DNA of 64,000 nt, taken from IMG/VR virus record IMGVR_UViG_3300045988_179151; one strand, written 5' to 3'. The notes under the pieces are model-generated. The model saw only the letters and a list, made by a program, of their open reading frames with translations. It did no database searches and was not told the origin of the DNA. This stretch comes from a virus. The position numbers and the translations under genes are program-made. Below are positions 1-9,781 of this stretch, in pieces. Positions within the stretch are counted from its first letter, which is position 1; each line of letters begins with the position of its first letter.

Positions 1-70
1 ACGAGCCTAAGAAGGACGAGCCTAAGAAGGACGAGCCTAAGAAGGACGAGCCTAAGAAGGACGAGCCTAA
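1..70 (+). repeat. 15-bp tandem repeat (acgagcctaagaagg x4 plus a partial copy) encoding a (D)EPKK peptide repeat
   Basis: Direct reading: four perfect 15-nt copies at 1-60, with a degenerate fifth; frame 3 translates to EPKKD repeats. Confidence 0.85.
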
Positions 71-208
71 AACTCCAAACATCAAAGAACCAGGCCGTCA
101 AACACAACAACTTCCAAAAACAGGTACCACTACAAGCATCTTAAGCTTGATCGGTGTAGTCTTATTCGGATTGATCGGCTTTGTGTCGCTCAAAAAGAAA
201 AATAACTA
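3..208 (+). CDS. C-terminal end (5'-truncated by the window edge) of an LPXTG cell-wall-anchored surface protein
   Basis: Frame 3 reads ...EPKKDEPKTPNIKEPGRQTQQLPKTGTTTSILSLIGVVLFGLIGFVSLKKKNN*. LPKTG sortase motif, then a hydrophobic span, then a basic tail. Confidence 0.75.
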
Positions 209-220
209 GTGAAAAAAAAC

Positions 221-250
221 AACCCTGCCTAAACAAATAGGCGGGGTTTA
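221..250 (+). terminator. Rho-independent terminator-like hairpin after the LPXTG gene
   Basis: ccctgcc ... ggcgggg stem (one G.U pair) followed by tttataa. Confidence 0.45.
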
Positions 251-254
251 TAAC

Positions 255-345
255 TAAAAACACTTCAAGAACTGCACAAATAGTGATAGTTCTCCCACAA
301 ACTAGCAAATAAGACCCCGCAACGGGGTCTTGTGTTGATAAAATC
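255..345 (+). mobile_element. Noncoding remnant homologous to the 3' end / right-end region of the IS607-like TnpB at 41762-41860 (omega-RNA-scaffold-like)
   Basis: By-eye alignment: taaaaacacttcaagaactgcacaaatagtgatagttctcccacaaactagcaa-ataagaccccgcaacggggtcttgtgttgataaaatcaa versus ataaaaacacttcaagaactacacaaatggtggtagttcttccacgaattagcaacgattatccagcaacgtggtcttgtgttgataaaaagtcaa, about 85% identity over about 95 nt. No ORF here. Contains a perfect hairpin ccccg-caa-cgggg. Confidence 0.55.
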
Positions 346-363
346 AACACGTTATGTTATAAT
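335..363 (+). promoter_or_regulatory. Sigma-70-like promoter (TTGATA-17-TATAAT) for the giant surface protein gene. The -35 lies inside the IS-end-like remnant
   Basis: ttgata at 335-340, 17-nt spacer, tataat at 358-363, about 100 nt upstream of the ATG at 463. Confidence 0.5.
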
Positions 364-462
364 ACACTTATGTTCAAATCAAATGAAATAATTTTGAACT
401 TTTTACTAAAATTTATTAGAAAGGCCATAAAATATACATTATATTTTATGCGATAGGCTTCC

Positions 463-3400
463 ATGAAGTTTAAAGACAAGAAAGAATATTATTCTTTAAG
501 AAAATTTAAAGGTATCGGCCTCGCATCCGCACTTGTAGGTTTAGCATTCCTCACAGCGCCGAGTGTCTTAGCTGATGAAACCGCTGCAAATTCAAATAAC
601 AGCAACATCAGCGCAATTGCGCAGGCAGATACCGAATCTAATCAACCTACATTAGAATCAATTGCATCAACCGCATCTAAAACCCCTGTCGAACCTAAAG
701 AAGAGACTTCTAATATTGCAACAGAAAATAAATCTCAAGAGAACGTAGTCACTACTTCTACTACTAAGACGACTTCAGAAGAAACACACACTTCTGCACC
801 AACAGAAGAATCTTCAAAAGCGCCAGAAAATAAACCATCCGAAGCTTCAGAACAACCCACTACAACACAACCTGTGCGTTCTCGGTCTAAACGCGATACA
901 TCTTCACAAGAATCACCATATGTATCCGATAAAGCTAAAGAAGTTTCAAAAGAACTTAGTAATACCTTAGTCATGACTAAAGAAGATACAGCGTCTACAT
1001 CAAAGACTCTATTCAAATTAGATGCAGGTATTACACCAACTGACGATGAAAAAGCGTATAATCAAAAACTGGCACAAGCATTCGATGAATATCCAGAACT
1101 TGTTCGGTCGCAAGTACATAGTTTGACCTTCGTCCGCGAACCAAACGGTATGTACGGTTTCACTTATTCGAAATCCGGCGATGTTAATATTAATATGCAA
1201 TATTACCATCCCGAACTAACTGGTAATGAACCGGGTTCGATCAATCAATATCTCGGTGTCTTAGGGCATGAACTTGGGCACATCATGAACGCTCGTTCTT
1301 TTAGAGACAACGATACTTGGTCTTATTCTAGAGATCCTAAATACGCTGAGTTAGCAAAAGAAGTGTACGGCTCTGATGAAAATCGTTTCTTAATTAGTCG
1401 CTGGGCTTCTGATTTTGCAGATTATGTATCATATCTGAGAGGTGACTATAAACCACAAGGTTCTGCTCAAAAAATTATGACCTACATGGACGATCTCTTC
1501 AAAGGTATTTTGACGCCTCGAGAAGATCGTATTACACCTGGATTGAAGGCCGCCGTTGATTCTGTAAATGCAAGTTCAAGCAAGAAACTGGTATATGACG
1601 GTCATGTTGAATTAGTTGCCGACTATAGAAACCTTGATGAAGTTAAACAAACGGTTCAAACTCTTAATTCAAATGAAATAACTAAAGTTTCTTCTAAGTC
1701 TAGTACCCATTACAAGACGTATGGCTACAAAACATTAGTAACAACTAAGTATACTTCTGGCGGTGCCAATATTGCAGAAACTACGATAACCGATCAAGGA
1801 TCTGTTCAACAAGATTTGCCAGGTTATAACTTCGTAGACAAAGAAGTAACTCATGACGGTTTGCTCGTAGAATATAAGTATTCTCCTAAAAATACATACT
1901 CTTTAGATAATGAAAAGCTCTCAGCCGATTTAGATATCCAAACGGGCGACTCATATATTGGAGATCGCAATAAAGCTAATCTTCGCTTTACTCTAAAAGA
2001 ACAAGCGAATAATTTAAGCGTATCTTATAAGATTCAAAACTTAACAACAGGTGTTTGGCAAACACTTGACGGAACCGACAGTGAAGCGTCAGTAGATAGT
2101 ACAAATCTAAAAAATCAAGCAAAAAGATCCAACTCAGCACATAATTTAGGTTCTGTCGAAACCGGATATCATGCTACTGCCGACCTCACCTATACGCTCT
2201 TCACAGGAGCTCACGGTAATAATGTCTATCGAATGACAGCTACATTCTTTGATGGCGCTACCGAACTAGGTTCAGTATCAAAAGATTTCGTAGGTAAAGT
2301 TGCCGCTTCTAAAGAAGACGATTTACAAGATATCGAACTCAAGAGTCAAGTAGATCTACACGATGGTAAAACTATCGGCGCTATTATTAAAAATGGTAAC
2401 GTATATCGTCCCTATATCGGCGCTATCGGTCATTTAAACCCTGAAACAAAACTTGCTAACTTGGATATAGCCAAAGCTCGAGATGAAGTCTATACAAATC
2501 ACGGCGAAGTTGCAAGTGGTTCTCAAGATAATCGAGTTCGTTACACAATTCTAAACGAAAATTATCGTCTGAATGACATAGCTGCACATATTACGCCAAT
2601 ATTCAAAGATATGAAAGACGAAACAACAAATCGACCATTTGGATCTCAAGACTTAGATACTAGTGCGTCTAAAAAAGATGCATTAGGGTATACGGTAGCT
2701 ACATATAATATAAACAATCTAGGTGTAACCGGTATTACAGACACTTGGGGTACATTTTCTTATGTCGGTAACGACAAAACCTCTCGAACTGACAACGTTT
2801 CAATCAAAATAGAAATCCTTAAAGTGCTCAACGGAAAAGAAACAGTAATTGACTCTAAGATCGTTACAAAAAATGTAGAAATCGTTAATTACGACGAAAG
2901 CTTAAAACCGTTCTTCGCAGAAGACTATCAAATCGATAGACGTGCAAGCTTAGGATTGGCGACTAAAAGTGGAGATCAATATAACATCTATTATGGTACT
3001 TATGGCACTAATCTAGAATATGTTCGTGCTTGGAGTTTTGATAAGTGGAACGAGGCTTCATTCGATTCTGTCGAACGTTATCGATTATCTGAGATTGATC
3101 CAAACAAACATATCTTCTTAGAAAATATGATAAGTTTGAATATCAAGAATCCTAATGACGCAATCTTTTCTGACGCAGATTATACGGTTCATTTTGATGT
3201 ATTTAAACGTAGTGATGGAAAACCTTTAAATTTTGCAGAAATTGATCTAACATCATACGTCAATAGAACACCAATTCTAACTCCAAAAGAATACAAAGAA
3301 ACTGTTTATTGGTTAGATGAATCGGGTACACGTCATGAGATTGGCCTTGAAGTATCTAAAGCAGGTGAAGTATTTAAGACTCGTTACGCAATTCCAACAA

Positions 3401-4155
3401 ATGCTAAATCAATAGAAATTGATATTTCTGGTAAAGTTCCTGTTGACTACGGTCCAAGTTATTTAGTTCAATATATCACTGATGATACATTTGAAAAAGT
3501 TAAAAATGAGAATAGATATTTAAACTCTAACGATCCTCTAACTTATGATTCTAGGGCATACACTGTAACAGCCAGTCTTACAGATAAGATTCTCAATAAA
3601 AAACGAGACTTTACAAATCATACAATCGTTAGAAACAGTGACGTTTTAGCCCTACAAGTCAATCCTGCTGTCGCTGGAGCAAACAAAAATAATATCAGCT
3701 TGAATCAACCTTTTAGATTAACTAGTGATCAAATAGCAATGGCTAGTTCGAATGGACAATTAACAACAAATAATCTGTTAAATACAACCGATCTTCTAGA
3801 TGAGTACCCTGCTAAACGATTCATGCTTTTAGAAGACGGCGTTAAAATCTCAGACGCTGGTTGGATTAAACAATCGTCATTTGACTTTGCCGGCAAAACA
3901 TACGCCCTATATACGAGACCGTGGACCGAAAGCAAAGATCTTAATGAATCAGATTTTACTACAAATATCATTATTTCTCCGTCTTCTTCGAACTTGATTA
4001 CAAACAAGAACTATGATGCTTACACAGGTGTGATTTACAAGCTAAAAGAGGGTGTCTCACTCTCACCGACTCTCCAACCAATGTCAGCGCAACTAGTTTC
4101 TGATGCCGTCGAACGTAAGAGACTCGATCAAAAAAATCCTTTCAGTGCTCGGTGA
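463..4155 (+). CDS. N-terminal part of a giant secreted surface protein: YSIRK-type signal peptide, Ser/Thr/Glu-rich linker, HEXXH zinc-metallopeptidase-like motif. Ends prematurely at a frameshift
   Basis: MKFKDKKEYYSLRKFKGIGLASALVG...SVLA is a YSIRK-G/S signal. GVLGHELGHIMN is an HEXXH motif. No anchor in this ORF; it overlaps the next ORF in a different frame. Confidence 0.7.
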   Translation: MKFKDKKEYYSLRKFKGIGLASALVGLAFLTAPSVLADETAANSNNSNISAIAQADTESNQPTLESIASTASKTPVEPKEETSNIATENKSQENVVTTSTTKTTSEETHTSAPTEESSKAPENKPSEASEQPTTTQPVRSRSKRDTSSQESPYVSDKAKEVSKELSNTLVMTKEDTASTSKTLFKLDAGITPTDDEKAYNQKLAQAFDEYPELVRSQVHSLTFVREPNGMYGFTYSKSGDVNINMQYYHPELTGNEPGSINQYLGVLGHELGHIMNARSFRDNDTWSYSRDPKYAELAKEVYGSDENRFLISRWASDFADYVSYLRGDYKPQGSAQKIMTYMDDLFKGILTPREDRITPGLKAAVDSVNASSSKKLVYDGHVELVADYRNLDEVKQTVQTLNSNEITKVSSKSSTHYKTYGYKTLVTTKYTSGGANIAETTITDQGSVQQDLPGYNFVDKEVTHDGLLVEYKYSPKNTYSLDNEKLSADLDIQTGDSYIGDRNKANLRFTLKEQANNLSVSYKIQNLTTGVWQTLDGTDSEASVDSTNLKNQAKRSNSAHNLGSVETGYHATADLTYTLFTGAHGNNVYRMTATFFDGATELGSVSKDFVGKVAASKEDDLQDIELKSQVDLHDGKTIGAIIKNGNVYRPYIGAIGHLNPETKLANLDIAKARDEVYTNHGEVASGSQDNRVRYTILNENYRLNDIAAHITPIFKDMKDETTNRPFGSQDLDTSASKKDALGYTVATYNINNLGVTGITDTWGTFSYVGNDKTSRTDNVSIKIEILKVLNGKETVIDSKIVTKNVEIVNYDESLKPFFAEDYQIDRRASLGLATKSGDQYNIYYGTYGTNLEYVRAWSFDKWNEASFDSVERYRLSEIDPNKHIFLENMISLNIKNPNDAIFSDADYTVHFDVFKRSDGKPLNFAEIDLTSYVNRTPILTPKEYKETVYWLDESGTRHEIGLEVSKAGEVFKTRYAIPTNAKSIEIDISGKVPVDYGPSYLVQYITDDTFEKVKNENRYLNSNDPLTYDSRAYTVTASLTDKILNKKRDFTNHTIVRNSDVLALQVNPAVAGANKNNISLNQPFRLTSDQIAMASSNGQLTTNNLLNTTDLLDEYPAKRFMLLEDGVKISDAGWIKQSSFDFAGKTYALYTRPWTESKDLNESDFTTNIIISPSSSNLITNKNYDAYTGVIYKLKEGVSLSPTLQPMSAQLVSDAVERKRLDQKNPFSAR

Positions 4156-7100
4156 AACCTCTAACAACGATCAAACCGACACTGTCCGACTAAACGGTGT
4201 CAAATTAGATTTGAAAACTAAGAGAAGTCTTGAATTTACAGTAAATCAGACAGTCGAAGATTCTGAAATTGTTACACGAGATTATGCTAAATCTGCGGGC
4301 AAACAAGTAGATATTGTAACAACCCTATCAAACGGTGCTCAAACAACAAGTCCAACTCTTGAAGTTATTCAAAAACTACCAGTCGGTGATTTAAGTTACA
4401 CATTCGTAGATCCTAAAGAAAACAATAACTATAATATCTTCTACACCTCTGACACAGATGTTACTGCCTCTAGTAACTGGGTATCAGCTAAACCTACTAC
4501 AGTGACTGGTTTAAAATGGGTTCGTAAGTCTGCGCTAAATACGGGTACAATTGACAAAGTGGCTTACACAATCCAAGTTGCCAATGATAAATCTAAAGTT
4601 ACAAAATCCGTTGCATCTGCCACCATGCTGAATGGCGGATTAGTTGGTTCAATCAATGATGTGGTTATTAGAAATGATCAAGCATATCGTACTTTGAAAA
4701 TCCAAAAACAAACGTATACAGCTGGCGGACATTTAGTAGAGAATATCACTACAAATATTCTGTCTCTGCCAGTAGGAGAGGAAGTACCATATAGAGGTAC
4801 TGTTTTAGATTATCTCTTAAATTCGTATGTCGCAGGTTCTGCAACTCAAACGAGCACAGATTATACTTTACCTAAACCAAAAATTACTTGGGACGGTTTG
4901 ACATTTACAGTACCTGATAGAGATACCACTATGGTGTTTAAATTTGTTCAACCCGCCGAACCTCAAGAAGCGCGACGTACTTACACAACAACTTGGGAAA
5001 ACGGATATGTAGAACCAGACATCCAAGAACTTCAAAACCTATTTGGAAATGTTAGAAGTTACGAGTTCCTACCAAACGAATCAACACAAGCCGTTAAGAA
5101 GTTCAACTTAACTTACATTAGCGGTCAAAAAGGTATCGGATATGTAGATATTAAGATTGAACCAAAACGTGAAAAAGTTGTAGGTACCCATAAAGGTATT
5201 ACTTATCAAGGTGATGATTCCAAAGACCTTGGATATGAAACAACTATAAACGGCATTAACCCTTCTTATGAAAAAGTAACCAGTTATCCAGTAGATTCAA
5301 CTGGCACATTTAGCGAAGTTGTCTCAAAAGAAAACGAAGTAGCCGCAAAAGACGCCATTATCGTCCGTGGTACAAAACCAACAGTCAAGACGGATACGAT
5401 TCCAAAAGGCAAACGTTACGAAGCGGACCCTGATCAACCAGTTAAAGGTAAAGAAACTGTTATCGAGGGTCAAGATGGTGTTAAAACATCAACAACTCGT
5501 TATACCGTAAATCCAACTACGGGTGATATTACATCAAACACAACTGTTGAAAACACAGCTAAAGTTGATACCGTAGTCAAAGTAGGTAACAAAGAGATTC
5601 TTACTGAACCGATTTCGATTGTGACAAAATATAAAGCAGAACCAACTCTCGAAAAAGATGTTCAAGAAACTGAAACTACTGGTCAAGCTGGTAGTCGCGA
5701 AATCACAGTAACTTACGACGTAAACGCCGCGGATGGTACTCTATCGAATCCAACTAGAACAACTCGAGATGCTGAACCTATGGTTCCGACGATCGTCAAA
5801 GTTGGTTCTGTACATAAAGATGTCGTTGAAACTGCAATTACAACCAAGTATATTTCAGACGATACCAAAATCCATGACTCTCGTGAAGAGCTTGTTGCCG
5901 GTTCTAAAGGTGTTAAAACAACAACTACAACTTATGAAGTTGATGAAAATACAGGCGCTACACATTCACCTACAACGCAAGTAAACGACCAACCGATGGT
6001 CCAAAAAGTTGTCAAAATTGGTACAAAACCAACGGTAAATGTTCAAACAGTAGCCATTACGACAAAATACATCTTTGATGACAAACTAGCTTACGGTCAA
6101 CGTATTGTGGAAGAAAACGGTTCAGAAGGACGAATCGTAACAACAACGACTTACACAATGAATGAATCTGATGGTACAACAACCGCTGATACTCCAGATA
6201 TTCAAACGGTAGAAATGAAGCAACGTGTGATTCGCGTTGGTATCAAACCAACTGTAGAAGAAACGCCAATTAACTTCAATACATTCTATGAACCCGACCC
6301 AGAAGCTGAAAAAGACAGTCGAGTTGATAAGGTTGCCGGTAAAGTTGGTAAAGTTACAACAACTACAACTTACACCTACGATGAAACTACTGGCGTAGTT
6401 ACTCCAAACACACCAACTACGGTTAAAGAAGATGCCGTAGACAGAATCGTCAAAGTTGGCACTCGTCCAAACGTTGTTGAAACGCCAATTGACTTTACAA
6501 CGACTTATGAAGCTGATCCTGAGTCTCCAAGAGACATTAAGACAGACAAAGTTATTGGTAAAAAAGGTACAACTACTGTTACAACAACGTACTCAGTTGA
6601 TCCGAAAACGGGTGTTGTTACTGAAAATCCAGCAACAACTACGGTAAAAGACCCAGTGAACGCCATCATCAAGGTTGGTACAAAATCAACAGAAGTAGTT
6701 GAAGTATTACCATCACCTAAACGTTTTGTTAAAGATAGTACTCGTCCAAAAGATGAAGAACCTGTAACAGAACAAGGTAGACCTGGAAGCAAGACAACTG
6801 TTACAACATATACCGTTGATCCACGAACTGGCGTTACAACTCCAAATGAACAACCACCTGTAACTGTAGACCCTACAGACACTATTGTAAGAGTTCCTGC
6901 GGGCGACAAGATTGTAGAAGATAAAATTACAATCACAACTCGTTACATTGAAGATCCAACCAACAATCCAAGCTATGAAGAAGAAATCAGCAAGGGTTCT
7001 GAAGGTAAGATCGTAACAACGACAACTTACAATGTTGATGAACATACAGGCGTTGTAACAGAAAGTGGAACTAACAGAGTTCAGACTGATATGGTTCAAC

Positions 7101-8863
7101 GTGTTGTCAGAAAAGGCACAAAACCTAAAGTTGAAGAAACACCAATTCATTTCACAACTCGATATGAAAAAGACGGTACTAAACCTGAAGGTGAAAGAAC
7201 TGATTTCGTGATCGGTGTAAATGGTAAAGTAGTAACAACTACAACTTACACGCTAAATCCTACAACCGGTCAAATTACAGAAAACCCATCAACTTCTGAA
7301 ACCATCAACCCTACTACACACGTAGTAAAAGTCGGTGCCAAAGATAAAATTGAAGTAACACCAATTGAATTGGTTACTCGCTATGAGCGTGATGATGAAC
7401 TAGTCGTTGGTAAATCAACAATTGTAAATGCCGGTAAAGCGGGCTCTATCACAACAACTACTACTTATGACGTGAACCCTACAACAGGTAATGTGACTGA
7501 GTCTGGCAAGACTTCTGTGACAGATAAAATGATTGAAAAAGTAGTCAAAGTAGGTACAAAACCAACGGTTGATGTGGAAACCCGTCCAATTAATATTCGA
7601 TATGTTCCAAAAGAAGATGTTTCTTACGGTACACGAACCGTTAAATCAGAAGGTTCTGCAACCGTAATTACATCAACTACTAACTATACATTGAATCCAG
7701 ATGGTTCAACTACAGCAAATACTCCAATTGTAACAACAACAGATGGTAGCGATAGAGTTATCGAAGTAGGTGTTCAAACTTCAAGTACGACCATTGCATT
7801 GCCATATGATGTCGAAACGGAATACGATTCAAGTTTAGAAGCTGGCCAAACAGTTGTTGACCAAAATGGTGAAAATGGAAGTAAGACAATTACTACAACG
7901 TATTCATTGAATGAGTCAACTGGTGAAGTAACCTCAAACACGACTGAAACTTCGGTTAAACCAAAACCTAAGAAAATTCGTATCGGTACCGGGGTACGCT
8001 CTACAAATGTAAGAAATATTGTTCATGATGTACCATTTGAAACTGAAACTATCGAAGACCGATTCTTACCAAAAGGTAAAGAGATCGTAGAACATGAAGG
8101 AACGCTTGGTAAAGACATCGAAACAATCGTAGAACAATTGTTCAACGGTGAAGTCAAGTCTTCTGAAAGTTCTACTCGCCGCGTATTAGATCCCGTTAAA
8201 CGTGTAGTTCGAGTGGGTACTTATGAATTTGCAAAACCAACTGATGCTCCAATCGTAGAAATCCCTGAATTCAACGGTGGTGTCAACCCAGTTGATCCAC
8301 CAGTTGTAGAGATTCCTGAATATACGGATCCAATCGGAGGCAACGGTTTAGATGGTGAAGGAAATATTATCCCCGCGCCAATCGTAGAAATCCCTGAATT
8401 CAACGGTGGTGTCAACCCGATTGATGCACCCGTTGTAGATATCCCTGAATATACGGGTCAAATCGGGGGCAACGGCTTAGATGGGGAAGGTAACATCATC
8501 CCAGCTCCTATTGTAGAAATCCCTGAATTCAACGGTGGTGTCAATCCAATTGATCCACCAGTTGTAGAAGTTCCTGAATATACAGGTCCGATCAACAGTA
8601 ACGATTCAGATGGTAACGGCAACATCATTCCCGCTCCAATTGTAGATGTCCCTGAATTCACAGGAGATGTCAATCCAATTGATGCGCCAGTTGTAAAGAT
8701 CCCTGAATCCAACAATGATACTGAAAACAATTCTCTCGTTAAAGATGAAAAGAATACATTACCAAACACAGGTAGTCATGAATCATACATTCTTAGTCTT
8801 TTAGGTGGATTGTCATTAGCATCCTTACTAGGATTTATCTCTAAAAAACGTAAAAAACAATAA
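4103..8863 (+). CDS. C-terminal part of the same giant surface protein: many ~85-90 aa G5-like repeats (...VKVGTKPTV...TTTYT.NP.TG..T), 4 x 43-aa tandem repeats, LPNTG anchor
   Basis: No signal peptide. Ends ...LPNTGSHESYILSLLGGLSLASLLGFISKKRKKQ*. Deleting one A from the A7 run at 4130-4136 joins the upstream frame (..LDQK) to ILSVLGETS.., giving one ORF 463..8863. Confidence 0.7.
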   Translation: MPSNVRDSIKKILSVLGETSNNDQTDTVRLNGVKLDLKTKRSLEFTVNQTVEDSEIVTRDYAKSAGKQVDIVTTLSNGAQTTSPTLEVIQKLPVGDLSYTFVDPKENNNYNIFYTSDTDVTASSNWVSAKPTTVTGLKWVRKSALNTGTIDKVAYTIQVANDKSKVTKSVASATMLNGGLVGSINDVVIRNDQAYRTLKIQKQTYTAGGHLVENITTNILSLPVGEEVPYRGTVLDYLLNSYVAGSATQTSTDYTLPKPKITWDGLTFTVPDRDTTMVFKFVQPAEPQEARRTYTTTWENGYVEPDIQELQNLFGNVRSYEFLPNESTQAVKKFNLTYISGQKGIGYVDIKIEPKREKVVGTHKGITYQGDDSKDLGYETTINGINPSYEKVTSYPVDSTGTFSEVVSKENEVAAKDAIIVRGTKPTVKTDTIPKGKRYEADPDQPVKGKETVIEGQDGVKTSTTRYTVNPTTGDITSNTTVENTAKVDTVVKVGNKEILTEPISIVTKYKAEPTLEKDVQETETTGQAGSREITVTYDVNAADGTLSNPTRTTRDAEPMVPTIVKVGSVHKDVVETAITTKYISDDTKIHDSREELVAGSKGVKTTTTTYEVDENTGATHSPTTQVNDQPMVQKVVKIGTKPTVNVQTVAITTKYIFDDKLAYGQRIVEENGSEGRIVTTTTYTMNESDGTTTADTPDIQTVEMKQRVIRVGIKPTVEETPINFNTFYEPDPEAEKDSRVDKVAGKVGKVTTTTTYTYDETTGVVTPNTPTTVKEDAVDRIVKVGTRPNVVETPIDFTTTYEADPESPRDIKTDKVIGKKGTTTVTTTYSVDPKTGVVTENPATTTVKDPVNAIIKVGTKSTEVVEVLPSPKRFVKDSTRPKDEEPVTEQGRPGSKTTVTTYTVDPRTGVTTPNEQPPVTVDPTDTIVRVPAGDKIVEDKITITTRYIEDPTNNPSYEEEISKGSEGKIVTTTTYNVDEHTGVVTESGTNRVQTDMVQRVVRKGTKPKVEETPIHFTTRYEKDGTKPEGERTDFVIGVNGKVVTTTTYTLNPTTGQITENPSTSETINPTTHVVKVGAKDKIEVTPIELVTRYERDDELVVGKSTIVNAGKAGSITTTTTYDVNPTTGNVTESGKTSVTDKMIEKVVKVGTKPTVDVETRPINIRYVPKEDVSYGTRTVKSEGSATVITSTTNYTLNPDGSTTANTPIVTTTDGSDRVIEVGVQTSSTTIALPYDVETEYDSSLEAGQTVVDQNGENGSKTITTTYSLNESTGEVTSNTTETSVKPKPKKIRIGTGVRSTNVRNIVHDVPFETETIEDRFLPKGKEIVEHEGTLGKDIETIVEQLFNGEVKSSESSTRRVLDPVKRVVRVGTYEFAKPTDAPIVEIPEFNGGVNPVDPPVVEIPEYTDPIGGNGLDGEGNIIPAPIVEIPEFNGGVNPIDAPVVDIPEYTGQIGGNGLDGEGNIIPAPIVEIPEFNGGVNPIDPPVVEVPEYTGPINSNDSDGNGNIIPAPIVDVPEFTGDVNPIDAPVVKIPESNNDTENNSLVKDEKNTLPNTGSHESYILSLLGGLSLASLLGFISKKRKKQ
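8249..8715 (+). repeat. 129-bp tandem repeat (~3.6 copies) encoding PIVEIPEFNGGVNPIDPPVVEIPEYTGPIGGNGLDGEGNII units
   Basis: Copies start at 8249, 8378, 8507 and 8636 with near-identical DNA (ccaatcgtagaaatccctgaattcaacggtggtgtcaa...). Confidence 0.85.
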
Positions 8864-8869
8864 AATCAA

Positions 8870-8900
8870 AAAGGCTATCCAAACGGATAGCCTTTTTTTA
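8870..8900 (+). terminator. Rho-independent terminator
   Basis: aaaggctatcc-aaac-ggatagccttt followed by ttttta. Confidence 0.7.
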
Positions 8901-8908
8901 TAATCACT

Positions 8909-9298
8909 TTAGTCTTCAAAAATATGTGTTTGTGCGCCAACATATTTACTACCCTGAACAACCATTATTATGCTTGTTATAAGCGGGAAGAATACCGTTA
9001 AAATTGAAAAACCGTTTGTGCGTCCAAAAGATCTTGCAAATTTAATAACAGTATAAACACTGTAAAAACCTGGAATTGCTAGATTTAGAAACCAGAACCA
9101 TTTATTCTTTTCGCCAAATGCGATTTTATGATATGTGAACGATCCATAAAATGGAATAAATGATTTCCATACAGCTTCCCCAGCACGACTAAACAGAAAA
9201 CTACGAGCAATTGCCCCTGCAAAACCCAATAGACCAAATGCGACAATAACAAACAAGTACATTGTCAAAACAAAATAAACTTCAGCCATATTGTCCAT
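8909..9298 (-). CDS. Small multi-pass membrane protein, unknown function
   Basis: ORF with a likely ATG start (MDNMAEVYFVLTMYLFVIVAFGLLGF...) after a gaaagtaggg RBS. About 4 hydrophobic segments. Confidence 0.5.
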   Translation of the reverse strand: MDNMAEVYFVLTMYLFVIVAFGLLGFAGAIARSFLFSRAGEAVWKSFIPFYGSFTYHKIAFGEKNKWFWFLNLAIPGFYSVYTVIKFARSFGRTNGFSILTVFFPLITSIIMVVQGSKYVGAQTHIFED

Positions 9299-9442
9299 AA
9301 CGACCAAACCCTACTTTCTAATAATTTAATATATACAGTATAATAAATAAAACATATACTGTCAATACCAATCTAAAGAGCCGATTCAAATAATCGGCTC
9401 GCTTTAGAACATAACATAAGAACTTAAAAAGAAGGATATTTT

Positions 9443-9781
9443 ATGCAAATCATTAAACGTAACGGTTCACTCGTCGAGTTCGAACCCGACAAAATTTACA
9501 ACGCCATCGTAAAAGCCGCTAGTTCAGTATTCGTCATGACTGACGACTTACGCGAACGTCTTACAGATATTACCAAAAAAGTTGTAATCGACTTACATGA
9601 ATTAAAACTAAAAACAATCACGATCAGCATGATTCAATCTCAAGTCGAACAACGTCTACTTTCCGCCGGTTACACGCAAATCGCGGAACACTACATCTCA
9701 TACCGCCTGCAACGTGACCTAGAACGCTATGGTTACGGCGATCACCTCATCGTTCACTTAAAATTTGAACACATAAAATAA
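9443..9781 (+). CDS. Standalone ATP-cone domain protein (no zinc ribbon, no catalytic RNR domain)
   Basis: MQIIKRNGSLVEFEPDKIYNAIVKAAS... matches the ATP-cone pattern (KRdGs.e.Fd..KI..ai..A) seen at NrdR/RNR N-termini. RBS aaagaaggat upstream. Confidence 0.55.
   Translation: MQIIKRNGSLVEFEPDKIYNAIVKAASSVFVMTDDLRERLTDITKKVVIDLHELKLKTITISMIQSQVEQRLLSAGYTQIAEHYISYRLQRDLERYGYGDHLIVHLKFEHIK

Noticed and set aside
735-8769. Antisense or alternative-frame ORFs inside the giant surface-protein gene (735-1016, 1018-1209, 3729-4007, 5733-5984, 6456-6647, 6505-6936, 6713-7150, 8221-8415, 8458-8769)
   Set aside because: They are fully embedded in a long, well-supported coding frame with a repeat structure and have no RBS. 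They are low-complexity read-throughs of the repeats.
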